DNA of 63,915 nucleotides, the filler included, from Thelocarpon superellum (taxonomy: Eukaryota), in assembly GCA_026025795.1 (NCBI GenBank). It is 3 parts of 3 records of this genome, joined end to end, with 100 filler letters (N's around TTAATTAATTAA, not from the genome) between each part and the next. Parts side by side here need not be neighbours in the genome. Positions count along the whole stretch, not along the records: positions 1 to 23,820 come from JAPEUG010000279.1; positions 23,921 to 47,650 come from JAPEUG010000280.1; 1 more part is not named here. One strand, 5' to 3'. The notes under the pieces are model-generated. The model had not been told where the DNA came from. It searched no databases and saw only the letters and a program-made list of their open reading frames with translations. The first letter of the stretch is position 1, and every line of letters begins with the position of its first letter. The position numbers and the translations under genes were made by a program. This document shows positions 13,685 through 25,126 of the stretch, one piece after another.

Positions 13685-16149
13685 ATGGCACAAGTGGACG
13701 TAATGGGCGCGGAACGCCCATCCACACCAGTCGATCAAGACACGGAGGCCAACTCGCTGGGCTCGCCTCTTCGTTTCCACGACAAGTTGGAGGGCAATGA
13801 GACGCCGCCAGCCCCTCCAGCGGCGGTGATGGTGACGGTGCCTGCCCGAAAACCCGTCCCCTCCTACGAGAAACCTCCAATGTCCCCGTCTCTCACCCCG
13901 GGTATGGGTAAACCCCTTCCAACACCGTGGGAAAGTCCGCAGCAAGAAGGTCCTCCGACGCCTCCGATCCACGTCAACAACACCCCGATCTTCGGGCCCC
14001 CAGCCCCTCCTCCTCACGGTCCGCTCCCGCCGGCGCCGCACCAGGCGAAAGGGTCGTCGTTCCTCATTTTGGACAACAAATCAACGCCTCCACCACAACC
14101 GCCGGCTCATCAGAGCATCCCAATCGCGGCTGAGAATCTGCCCGAGGGGCGAGATCCATCGCCACCTACCCATAACGTGGCTTATCGGGAACGGCCACGA
14201 ATCAACACCAACGCGGACGTGCCCCAGCCCCAGTCTGGCATCATCTCCAACCCAGACCCTCCACGCGCATCCCCCAAGGGCTCACCACTTTCGAACGGGG
14301 CGCCCAACCCGCCACGGAGCTCGTCGTTTGGAAGGTTCATCGACCAGGGAGGACGACCGCCTATATCCCCTCACGACCAAGGAGCACGACCAGCTATGTC
14401 CCCTCCGTTACCGCAGCTGCCACTGCAGTACCATCACCAGGAGCCCGCGGAAAGCACTGGTACCCAACCTCCCGATCTACGTGAGCCTCGAGCGGTGGCA
14501 CCCACTTCAAGATCAGACTCGCCTGCCTCATCCGCGGCAGGAGAAAATGCGATCCCCCCAAGGCGCCTGCTAACGCCGGCGAACAACCCTTACGGTCGTC
14601 AATCCATCATTCGGCCGTCATCAGCCTACTCAACGCTGTCGCTGCCGGATGCCGGCAAGGGCCGATCGTCGCCGAGCAATAACCCTGGCTCTCCGGGATA
14701 TCGACGCGTGGCCTCGGGCCATTCGCCGGATAGCCGGCGCGCCTCGTACATTGATCTCCTCAACGTGCCGTATCCGCAGCCGCCGCCGACGACGGGGCCC
14801 TTCAACAACTCCCACCTCCGCACAGCGGTGGGCTCGAACGCGTCGCTACTTAGCCACAAGCAGACGTTGGAGATGTATCGGGCCAATGCCAAGAAGACGA
14901 ATGATCCAGCCATCCAGTATGAATTCGCCGTCTTCATGATTGGGGCCGCCCAGGAGCTTGGTACCGCCGGAGCTGGACCCGGCACTGTGGATGGTGGCGG
15001 AGACCGGAGTCCCAAGCTGGGCCGTGACCTTGACAGCCCTTACGTTGATAACTCGACAGCGTCAGGGAGCCAAGCGGAGCTACTACGAGAGGCGCGACAG
15101 ATCCTGCAACGTCTCTCGGACCGTAGTTACCCCTTCGCGCAGTACTACCTCGCCGACGGATACGCATCAGGGCTGTTCAACAAGGGGAAGCCAGACTGGG
15201 ACAAGGCCTTTCCGCTCTTCGTGTCGGCCGGCAAGCATGGCCATGCCGAGGCCAGCTACCGGGCGGCTCTGTGTTACGAATTCGGATGGGGTTGCTGGAA
15301 GGATCCGGCCAAGGCCGTGCAGTTTTACCGACAATCGGCGTCGAAGAACCACCCGGGCGCCATGCTACGCTTGGGCAAAGCATGTCTGACCGGCGACCTT
15401 GGGCTGGGCAACCGATATCGGGAGGGTCTCAAATGGCTCAAGCGAGGCACGGATTCGGCCGATTTTCAGTACAACGCCGCCCCCTACGAGCTTGGCCTGC
15501 TGCACGAGCGCGGCTTTGGCGACGATGTCTTCCAGGATGAAACGTACGCCGCCCAGCTCTTCACCCAGGCGGCGGATCTGGGCCACGCCGAGGCAAGCTA
15601 CCGGATGGGGGATTCCTACGAGCACGGCAAGCTGAGCTGCCCCCGGGATCCGGCGCTCAGTGTCCACTTTTACAACGGCGCGGCACAGCAAGGGCATCCG
15701 GCGGCGATGATGGCGCTGTGTGCCTGGTACATGGTGGGGGCGGAGCCGGTGCTCGACAAGGACGAGAACGAGGCCTATGAGTGGGCCCGTAAGGCGGCCG
15801 AAGCAGGTTAGCCCCTCTTGTCGCGATGGGTCGCGAGGATCTTGCTGACCAAGTGACAGGGCTGGCCAAGGCGCAGTATGCCGTGGGATACTTCACGGAG
15901 ATGGGCATCGGATGTCGGCGCGACCCGCTGGAGGCCAACGTGTGGTACGTCAAGGCCGCTGACCAGGGCGACGAGCGTGCGACGAACCGGCTCGCGGTCA
16001 TTCGGGCCGCGGCGTCGGGCGATGTCCTCCTCCCTTCGAGCGTGACGCAGGGCAGCAAGGAGAAGTCGAAGAAACTCATCTCGAACCACACCACTGGTGG
16101 TAATGACGTGAAGCACGGCAAGGACGACAAGGACTGTGTTATCATGTAA
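13685..16149 (+). CDS. SKT5: Chitin synthase III activator Skt5/Chs4 (Sel1-like repeats, C-terminal CaaX); intron 15807-15859
   Basis: TLEMYRANAKKTNDP, AQYYLADGYASG, multiple Sel1-like repeats, AMMALCAWYMVG and a terminal CVIM prenylation box. The Pro-rich N-terminal start is less certain. Confidence 0.92.
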
Positions 16150-16926
16150 AGACGGGACGACGACCCTGTTCATACGCATTGCATGGCATCGGGGGGTCTA
16201 CCGGTGTGCATGTGGATCCCCCGACCTCTCTTCTGGATCGGGTAATCATTGGGTGTGTCATCCTGCTGACGGCTTGGATATCACCACCACACGTACCACA
16301 AGACATGGGTGTGGAAGCAGCGGCCGCAAAAGGCTCAGGCCCATCTTTCGGCCGGGTGGTGGGGGCTGCCGAAGGATCAGATGAGGAGTTCACATGGCAT
16401 TTTCTGTTGGGGGAGTTTGGGATTGGATCGCGTCGCCTCACCACGGCCTGTCATACGTCCGCCGCCCCCCTTTCTACGGAGGGTGAGCGATTACGAGACG
16501 CATCGCGTCTGCGTCATTAGATTCAATCCGACTCCATGCTTGACCATGCAGAGTCGAGACAAACTGTCATGGATCAAGGTGGACGATTACTTGGATTTGC
16601 GATGTGCGTCTTGTGGCAGTGCGTATGTGAAGTTTCGTATCAACAGTGTAATCAAGGAAAAGCAGTCTACCACGGAAGTTGGGCTGATGTTATTCAAGCA
16701 CTGGGCCTCCTAGTGGGAGTCGCAATATAGTATTACCCGTACAATGTCATGCAACGCTCGAAAGCATTTTGGTGGGGGGAGTAAGTGAAAGGGATCGACA
16801 ACAGTCAGGTGACACAGCCGGCACGAATGTCGCGACGACGACGACGACGACGACGCGGAGGGCCCCCCAAGCCCTCGTGAAAGACAAACATCTCCACCAC
16901 GGCGACCGCCGCCATCGCACAGAGAG

Positions 16927-18809
16927 ATGCCATGGTCTCCGAGCTCCATCGCAGCATGGGCTCTACCGGGAGTGTGCGGCTTGATTGGATACCTGTCGTA
17001 TTCGTCGCAGATCCTCTTTCGATACATCGAGCCACATCCCCTCTCTCCCTCGCAGTCCGCCATCTTCAACACGCTCGTGGCGTGCATTTGGATCTGCTAC
17101 TTTCGCGCATGCTCCACTGACGCAGGACGCATCCCCAAGACGAATGCGGAGGGAGCGGAGGGGCCAGAGCACGATCAAGACCAAGGGGACGGGCAAGGAT
17201 CGTCACCGGATGCACGGGCGTTGAATAGAAAGAAGAAGCCGGCGCAGCGCTGGTGTCCGAAATGTGACGCGCCGAAACCACCGCGAGCGCACCACTGCAA
17301 AGAGTGCAAAAGGTGCCGGTCTATTCTCAACTATGCTGCCGGCCGATGCGATATCTGCGTGTAGAGCAATATCACTGACTGGAGAACTGTGCGGGAGAAA
17401 ATCAGATGTATCCCGAAGATGGACCACCATTGTCCCTGGACGACGAATTGCGTGTCCCACACGACGTATCCGCATTTCATCCGCTTCGTCTTCTACGCCG
17501 TCGTGGCCATGACGTATCTAGAGTACTTCCTGTATCTTCGCGTCGGGGCCATCTGGCAGCAGAGGAATCTTCCTAGCGTAGGACAACTCCCTCCGTGACC
17601 GGGTGTGTTCGACGTGGCATCAGGTACAGAGAGGCTAACACGAGGTGTCGGGGAGCACAGTATCTAGGACCGTCGATCACGGCGCTGGTCCATCTTTTCG
17701 TCTTATTCTTCGTCAACTCCATCACGCTGCTGGCGCTCTCCGTGCTTCTGGTCCGGTCCCTATGGTCTCTTGGCGCCAACACGACGACCATCGAAGGCTG
17801 GGAGATTGATCGACACATTGCGTTGGTGCGACGAGCGCGGATCTTGGGTGGATATGCCTACGGACCGGACGGAATCAAAGTGCGAGTCAAGAAGCAGGAA
17901 TTCCCCTATGACATTGGCGTGTGGAAGAATATCAAGCAGGGAATGGGTGGGGGTATCAACGTGAGGATCTGCATACTCCTGGCCGACTTGACGGGTCGAT
18001 GCTAAAGCAGGCTTGCTTGCTACAGGTACTTGGCTGGTTCTGGCCTTTCGCGTCCACGCCCTCGGTGGAGAGCGGGATGGAATTTGAAGTGAATGGATTC
18101 GAGGGTGAAAACTTCCCCCTCCGTGACCATCTGCCACCTCGATGGCAAGCTGACGAGCGGGGGGACCAAACCAGACTCCTCCCTGCCATGGCCACCCATC
18201 GACCCAGAACGAATCCCACGCAGCGTGCGCAATCCGAACGGCGCCGACCCGCAGCAAGCCTTTACGCACGCAGACAGCTCAATGTCTGCCTCACCACGAG
18301 ACCAAAAGGAAGCGTTTCGGCATCGACAGGAAGAGGATCTACGACGGAGGAGACCAGGACAAAAAGGAGGAGGAGGAGGAGGCATGATTGAGGCAGACGA
18401 CGGACCGAGATCCTCGTCATCAGAAAGTGAAAGCGAGAACGGTAGTGAGGATGAAAGCGAGGCTGGGGGAGGAGAGGAGGAGAAAGCGAAGAGAGCCAAG
18501 AAGCGGAGAGAGCGCGACATGGCCCGGCGCGACGCGATGCAGAAATGGACCAACAGCGAAGGCGACACCTTGACAGATTATGGGGTCGATGAGGATGCCG
18601 AGGTGGTTTATTTCCACGATGTGTCTGTGCCAGTGCTTGAGCATGCGCATGCGCATGAGCATCAGCCTGACTACAAGGCCGAGCATGTGGGTGTGGCTGT
18701 AGATGAGGATGTTCCGCTTGCGATCTTGATTGAACGACGCCACCGGCAGCAGCAGCAGCAGCGCGAAGAGGGAGGGGAGAAAGAGTTAGGCGCGAAAGCA
18801 ATTTATTGA
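16927..18809 (+). CDS. PFA4: DHHC palmitoyltransferase, Pfa4-like; exons 16927-17312, 17406-17577, 17661-17960, 18026-18104, 18175-18809
   Basis: Spliced cysteine-rich domain [47 protein letters not shown] (TTxE motif); FPYDIGVWKNI and WPPIDPER resemble fungal Pfa4. Four GT-AG introns keep the frame. Confidence 0.85.
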
Positions 18810-18976
18810 TTGATTGATTGATTGATTGCGTGTGACATCCCTGATCTAGCCGAATCTATCTGTCGAGGGAAATCATCAATCTCATATCTCAAATCTCCAA
18901 GAATGAGGGTGCTCATAGCTTGCCACGACATGTCTATACCAACGCTTCCAAATATGATGACGGAAATTCCTCCCCT

Positions 18977-20431
18977 CTAGTACCCCCTCTTGCGATCAAC
19001 AATGTTAACCAACTTCTCGCCCTTTGCCAATCGGCTTAGATTGAGATCTAGCACCTCAAAAGAGCGCTCGATGGCCGTCTGCGAGAAGCCGCTGACATGC
19101 GGGGTGATGATGACGTTGGGCAGATCCCAAAGCTCGTTCTCGGCCGGCAGAGGCTCTGGGTCCGTGACGTCCAGCGCGGCGCCTCGAAGCGGCGGATCCG
19201 CCTTCAGGGCAGTGATGAGCGCGGGCTGGTCGAGGATGGCGCCGCGGCTGATGTTCGAAATGAAGGTCTGGCGCGAGTGTCGCAGAATGTCGAACTCCTC
19301 GGCGCCGAGGAAATGCGTCGTCGCTGGCGTGAGTGGCACCGAGATCAAGAGTACGTCGATGTCTTGGGATAGGAACGCGCGCAGGCTCGCTTTGTCCAGC
19401 CCGCTGTACCAGGCGCTGGGGATCGTGCCGTCTGGATCTCCCGTCCCCGGGATGATGTATCCCGTGTCTTTCTTGCTCTCGGGTGTCGTCCGTGGTGAGG
19501 CGGTGTAGGCGATCACGTCCATGCCCATCGCTTTACATACATTCGCCACTGTGCTGCGTTAGACCGGGAGGTTTGGAGAAGTGGTGGCACGAGGGCTTCG
19601 ATGGCAGGCGCACCTTGTCGGCCGATGGATCCGTATCTGGCAGTTTGTGTGAGCATGGAGGTGAAGCGCCGGTGCAACGCAACATGACTTACCCCAAGAC
19701 CCCCAATCTCTTGCCGACCTTGTCTTCGGGTGTCTCCGCCAGACCCGCGTAGCCTCCCCAATGATGTTCTCGCTGCCATCCGAGGAGTTGCTTGAAGCTA
19801 TGGCTGGCGGCGAGAGCCGTCATGAGCACCCATTCCGCGATGGAGGCACCGTGGATCCCTGCTCGAGCATCAATTTCCATCACCACCGAGGCTTGCTCGT
19901 AACGCTCACCGGAGCTGGTCGTGATGGGAATGTCCGAGTCCTTGTAAATGGGATGCTTCGTGAGGTGATCGGATCCAGCCGAGAACAGGTGGATCACCTT
20001 GAGCTTCGGTGCGTCGGCCGCCGTGGGGGGGAGAGCCGATAAGGTGGCCAGAATGGTGGCCGACTTGAATTCCTCTATCGGGTGAGCGTGTCAATTACGT
20101 TTCTTGGCACATCGCTGTACAATGTCACTGGAGGAGAGGCATCATGCGGTGACACACTGCTGCTGCCCGACTCTCCGAGCCTCCGAGCCCCACATCCGCA
20201 CCGCCCGTGACATGCAGCATGCACGACGGGGCCGTTTGAGGTTGCACAGCATTACAACGTACCCAGTGGAAGTTCGTCTTGATTTGCCCACAACGAGCCC
20301 TGGCGAAAGGTCACCCGTCGGAAGGTTACCTGAATATGGGGGTGGCGCTTCTCGAGCTGCTCAATCACCCCGACGGGCCGCGGGAAGGGCAGAGCAATCA
20401 GAAGATGCTCCGCAGCCGGTGCACCTCCCAT
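18977..20431 (-). CDS. D-isomer-specific 2-hydroxyacid dehydrogenase (NAD(P)-binding), about 5 exons
   Basis: IHLFSAGSDH, GIHGASIAEWV, spliced Rossmann motif LGVLGYGSIGRQVA, VPLTPATTHFL, NISRG, ALDVTDPEPLP and ITPHVSG. Confidence 0.9.
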
Positions 20432-20935
20432 GTTTGTGAGTACCAGCGGCTGAGATGGAGAAAGACAGGAGACCGGGATGCTCGAGATCACGTCAAAGGA
20501 TCATGGGCTCCCAGATCTCCTCCGAGAGATATTTGTATGCTTTCTAAACATAACCTCGGACCACGGCCAGCAGGCATGATTACCACGAAGACGATGGACG
20601 GGTCGCGTCGCGCTAGATGGGAGACCACGCACGCCATCCGCCGTTTGGTATCGGGTCTGACATGCACCTCCCACATGGGATGAGTAAGGACATGCTGACA
20701 CAGGATCGGCCAAGAAGCAGACAAGGCTTGCTTGGGGCCAGAAGGGCGGCTTCATTGGTTAAGCTTTGAGAGGGTAAGATTTACGAGGGCCGCGCGTGGG
20801 GTCAGTCCGCCGACGCTGGGGAGGTACGGGGCGGGTACCCACCCAGGTAGGCAGGTCCGTCTCCCCACAATGGGCCAGAAGGGAAGGGAGCCGGACGCCG
20901 GAAGGATGGCACGGTATGTGCTCGGTAGCTGACTG

Positions 20936-21025
20936 ATTGAGGGGTCGGCCATTGAGGGGTCGGCCATTGAGGGGTCGGCCATTAAGGGGTCGGCCATTGA
21001 GGGGTCGGCCATTGAGGGGTCGGCC
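20936..21025. repeat. Tandem minisatellite, 6 x 15 bp ATTGAGGGGTCGGCC (one copy ATTAAGGGG...)
   Basis: Read directly from the sequence; lies about 500 bp upstream of the dehydrogenase ATG. Confidence 0.97.
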
Positions 21026-21750
21026 GCCGCTTGGCGAGGTCAGCCGAGCATGTCAGATCGGATTGGTTGCGGGCGTTAGACAGAGCACTGTCTTCGGCTC
21101 GTCTCTGCGTCAGATGATTATTGGTGGAGCGTGGCAGGGATAATGCGTGGCACAATGCGACAAGTACGGCCGCCGGTCGGATGAGGGCCTCCTCGTACCT
21201 GTCAGCTGTGTGGCGGGACCATGGGGCCAGGAGAGCAAGGACTGGTGGGGCAATAATGATGTTGGTGGAAGATGGAGCCGATTGAGGCTTGGCGACGGGC
21301 CCAAGGAGGATGGCGCGGGTGCACGTGCGAGGTGGACCGCAGGCGCAGCGCGGTCGCCGCTCTTCCCGGCCATGCACGACGACACACCCTGCACGACATC
21401 ATCCAGTCGCAGGCACTCTCGCAATCCGACTGTTGTGAACTGGACACTTGGCTCTCGTTACTTTACTCCGCTGCTCGACGCCGGTCAGGATTGGTTCCTA
21501 GCTCCCGTAGGCTGTACGACACACGCACATCTTATGATTCGATACATCACTTGCATTGCTGCGCGCGTCTTCTCGAGTTTCCCATTTGAGCCAAGGAAAT
21601 GTCACAAGAATCGCATCCGGTCGCGGCCACGCACACACGCACGTAACGCCCCCGCATCCGCATCCCCCATCCCTGCCCCTACCCCGGGCGAGACCCCATG
21701 CCATGCAAGATGTAATGCGTGATTAGCAGATAGCCACCCAAACAGAAGAA

Positions 21751-22881
21751 TCATAACTGCTTCTCCAACGCCATCAGCTCCGCAAAGTCCGCTGCGTACG
21801 TCCGGGCCTGCTCGGGCGCCGGGCGGGGCAAGGGTTTGCGCGCGTACCCCCCGTAGCCAAAGAACGTCTCCATGGCGCTCTTGGTTGCCACGATGCCGCC
21901 CTTGATCGCGGCCCAGTCGCCCCGCGCCACGATGGCCTGCACCCGCTTCGCTTCCTCCACCTGGCCCGAGACGTAGAGCTCGATGATCTTGATGCACGCC
22001 TTGGGTGCGAGGTTGGCCACCCCCCCGATCGTCCCGGATCCGCCGCCAACCAGCATCTGCAGCGTGAAGTCCGCCGACCCGCCCAAACACATGAAGCCCG
22101 AGCCCACGTCCGTGGGCGTGCTGGCCCGCGTCGCCGCTGCGATGCGCGTGAGCTTGCCCGTGTTGCCGCACGTCAGCTTGCAACCGACGATGTTGCAGTG
22201 CTTGCTGAGCCGCACGATCGCATCTGAGTCCAGGTCCATGCCCGACACCGCCCCCGGGTAGTTGTAGATCAAAATCGGGATGGGCGACGCGCTGGCCACG
22301 TCCTCGAAGAAGTCGATGACCGAGGCCGCCGTGAACATGGGCCGGTAGTAGGACGGGGGCAGCACCAAGGCGTAGTCGCCGCCCGCCTCGAGCGCCTCGG
22401 TGCACAGCTCGATGGTCTCCCGCGTCGATTGTGCCCCGCACCCGACAATCAGGGGCAAGGTGTCGAAGCCGGCGTCGTCGAGCGCCTTGCGCGTCGCCCG
22501 AGTCACCGTCTTGCGCTCGGCGTGGGTGAGGTGCACCGCTTCGCCGTTGGAGCCCTGCGTTGTCAAGCCCGCCACGCCGGCTTCCGCCAGGCGCACCGCG
22601 TGCTGTGCAATGTGGGCCAGGTCGAGGTCTTCGGTGGCGGGGTCGAAGAAGACCACCGTCGGCACGTACACCCCGGGCACCAGCGGCCGAGGCATGCTCT
22701 CGTCGACCGAGTCGAGGGAGGAGTCGAGCGACGGGCTGTCGAGAGACCGGTCCGAGTCCTGGCTGGAGCACGAGGACGCGGGCGGTTCCAACGTCGGGGT
22801 GGGTGGTGGTCCAAGGGAGAATCGGCTGGGCCGGTCTGGATAAACACCGACGGGGGAAGGCGCGTCCTTATGAGGGGACAT
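21751..22881 (-). CDS. DapA/DHDPS-family class I aldolase (LGA1-type 3-deoxy-hexulosonate aldolase or HOGA-like), intronless
   Basis: GVYVPTVVFFD, QGSNGEAVHL, LVLPPSYY, IYNYPGAVSG and Schiff-base Lys in NIVGCKLTCG. Alternative start at Met 22695 after a Ser/Pro-rich leader. Confidence 0.9.
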   Translation of the reverse strand: MSPHKDAPSPVGVYPDRPSRFSLGPPPTPTLEPPASSCSSQDSDRSLDSPSLDSSLDSVDESMPRPLVPGVYVPTVVFFDPATEDLDLAHIAQHAVRLAEAGVAGLTTQGSNGEAVHLTHAERKTVTRATRKALDDAGFDTLPLIVGCGAQSTRETIELCTEALEAGGDYALVLPPSYYRPMFTAASVIDFFEDVASASPIPILIYNYPGAVSGMDLDSDAIVRLSKHCNIVGCKLTCGNTGKLTRIAAATRASTPTDVGSGFMCLGGSADFTLQMLVGGGSGTIGGVANLAPKACIKIIELYVSGQVEEAKRVQAIVARGDWAAIKGGIVATKSAMETFFGYGGYARKPLPRPAPEQARTYAADFAELMALEKQL

Positions 22882-23820
22882 GATGAACAGGAAGAGGCAC
22901 AGGAGGAAAGCACCCAGCGCAGACGGACGACCAGGTCAAGGTCACCGATTGCACAGAGATTGGGACGAGCGCTGGGTGGAGTGAATGAGGGTTGGCGTCC
23001 GACAGCAGATCGCCATCCGGAAGAGAGTGGGGGTGAAGACGTTAAATACTACCCCAGAGGCGCGTCGGACGGAGGTACCTGTAGTGTCCCGGCAGGCTCC
23101 ATGTCTTGTGAACGTCGACTGCGCCGTGGCGGCGGCGGCGGCGGCGGCGCCATTGAGCTGACTAGTTAGCTTATCACAAGGGTTTCCCGAAGCAGATGGC
23201 CTGTCGCACACCTCTCACGTCGTCGGCTTCTGATTGCAGTGACGAAAGCATCGAGAAGCATGGATCCATGACCCCGGGTAGCTCGATACGCTGCCGAGCT
23301 AAATCCACCCGCCAGGCCACAGCCTGGTGGGAGCGAGCGCCCAGCGCCCAGCGCCCAGAGCGAAACAGGAAGTGTCGTGCCCTGGCGCCCAGGCGCCCAG
23401 GTGCCCAGCGTCCCCGCGCCCCGCGCCCCGCGCCCCGCATCCAGTGCCAGGCGCGAGCACGCGCGCGAGATACCAGCGGTCAGAAGGGCGTGGGCGTCTC
23501 GCGAGATCGGCCCTGAGCCGGTCGCGGCACATTGGTCCGACGCCGACACCGGCACCGGCCCCAGGCAGCCAGGAACCAGACGGCGGTTCCGCGTCATGCG
23601 GCGGCCACACGGCGACCGATCAGGCGAACAAGTGATGCCGACGTGGCCCCATCGCATGGCGAAGCGTGGCGGAGGACATGGGCCGCAAAAAGCAAACCGC
23701 ATCGAGAGACCGCGCGGGTCCGGGCGTTGGTGGAGCCCGGAGGATGGGTTGCACTTACCCCAACTACGCTCGCCTCGAGTCAGGTGTTTGTTGCGGGCGA
23801 GCGCCTAGCACGCCCGGAAA

Positions 23821-23920
23821 NNNNNNNNNNNNNNNNNNNNNNNNNNNNNNNNNNNNNNNNNNNNTTAATTAATTAANNNNNNNNNNNNNNNNNNNNNNNN
23901 NNNNNNNNNNNNNNNNNNNN
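23821..23920. other. Artificial contig-joining linker (N44-TTAATTAATTAA-N44)
   Basis: Symmetric N runs around a palindrome that carries stops in all frames; identical to the linker at 47651-47750. Confidence 0.97.
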
Positions 23921-23951
<31 letters not shown>

Positions 23952-24383
23952 GGATCTTCGACCAACAAGAACATCTTCTTGAGTCTCCAGTCGTCGGTGA
24001 CGGAATCGGGCAACAACCTGTCACAAGGACAGAAACAGCTACTCTGCCTGGCGCGGGCGCTGCTGAAAGAGCCCAAGGTGATCATGATGGATGAAGCGAC
24101 GGCGTCGATCGACTACAACACGGATGCGAAGATTCAGGCGACGATTCGAGAACTGGACAGCACCATCATCACGATCGCCCATCGCTTACAGACGATCATC
24201 GATTACGACAAGGTGTTGGTGCTGGACAAAGGGGAGGTCAAGGAGTACGACCATCCCTGGACCTTGTTGCAACAGCCCGACAGCATCTTCCGTGGCATGT
24301 GCCAGATGAGCGGGGACATGGAGGTGTTACATGAGGGGGCGAAGAAGGCGTGGCAATCACGTCAACTGATAGAGTTGAGTTGA
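23921..24383 (+). CDS. 3' fragment (NBD2 end) of an ABCC/MRP transporter, Ybt1-like; 5' part cut off by the contig edge
   Basis: Signature NLSQGQKQLLCLARALL, Walker B VIMMDEATASID and H-loop ITIAHRLQTI. The contig begins inside a (GCCGGA)5 repeat. Confidence 0.9.
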
Positions 24384-24591
24384 GGATGAACCATCTACTG
24401 AGAGGCGATGTGAGAAAGCTGTGAGGACATCTGAGTGCAATTCGAGGAGGTGTGATAGATTATGGCAACGTACATAGACGTAGAAGGTAGATAAGACGAC
24501 CGTGTCTGATTTGAATCGAATAAGTTTGCGCGTCAAAGAAGTGCAGGGGATATGCGGAGACGTGCTGACGCGCCCCGAAATATAGGCTGGA

Positions 24592-24844
24592 ATGGGTGGT
24601 CTATTCTACGGAAGCTATCCGTCGTTCGCATATACAGCTGTGGTGGGTCGCGTGCGGCAGCTTAGTCAAAAGCCTAGAGCTCCCGTATGGAGCCTCCACC
24701 GTACTGACGCACCCCGGTTATTCCACTGGAGATGGGTGGTCTATTCTACGGAAGCTATCCGTCGTTCTAATATACAGCTATTGTGGGTCACGTGAGGCGG
24801 CTTACTCAGAAGCCTCGAGCTCCCGTATGGAGCCTCCACAGTAC
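24592..24844. repeat. Imperfect direct repeat, 2 x 113 bp (24592-24704 and 24732-24844; period 140)
   Basis: Both copies start ATGGGTGGTCTATTCTACGGAAGCTATCCGTCGTTC and end GAGCTCCCGTATGGAGCCTCCAC(C/A)GTAC; about 11 mismatches by eye. Confidence 0.95.
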
Positions 24845-25126
24845 CAAGAGGCCTACAGCTTGTGGCGAATGACATTGGGAGGACAGTGGAAAGTCATCGG
24901 TTATTGCATCATCTTGCACAAGCGGAACTCCAGGTCTTACACGACGTACAGGCCCATGTGGCACCGGACTACTACTAGTAGTAGTAAGTAAAGGTCTGAT
25001 ACAATCCCACTCGATCCCACCCTCCATCCCGACCAACGAGCATCATCTCATTCAACAATCGACATCATCTCTGTCTTCACGAAACAAGCCTCGTTTGGCA
25101 CATCTCCCGTGAATACCATACGCAAG

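Noticed and set aside
16832..16855. Simple microsatellites such as (CGA)n, (TTGA)n at about 18806, (GGC)n at about 23127 and (GAY)n at about 56403
   Set aside because: Ordinary slippage repeats with no evidence of function.
20075..20127. Micro-exon in intron 1 of the dehydrogenase gene
   Set aside because: It would require a 24-nt intron; a single intron 20262-20075 restores the frame.
20936..21025. CRISPR-like array (also considered for 24592-24844 and 63319-63400)
   Set aside because: Eukaryotic context, contiguous or only two units, no unique spacer series and no cas genes.
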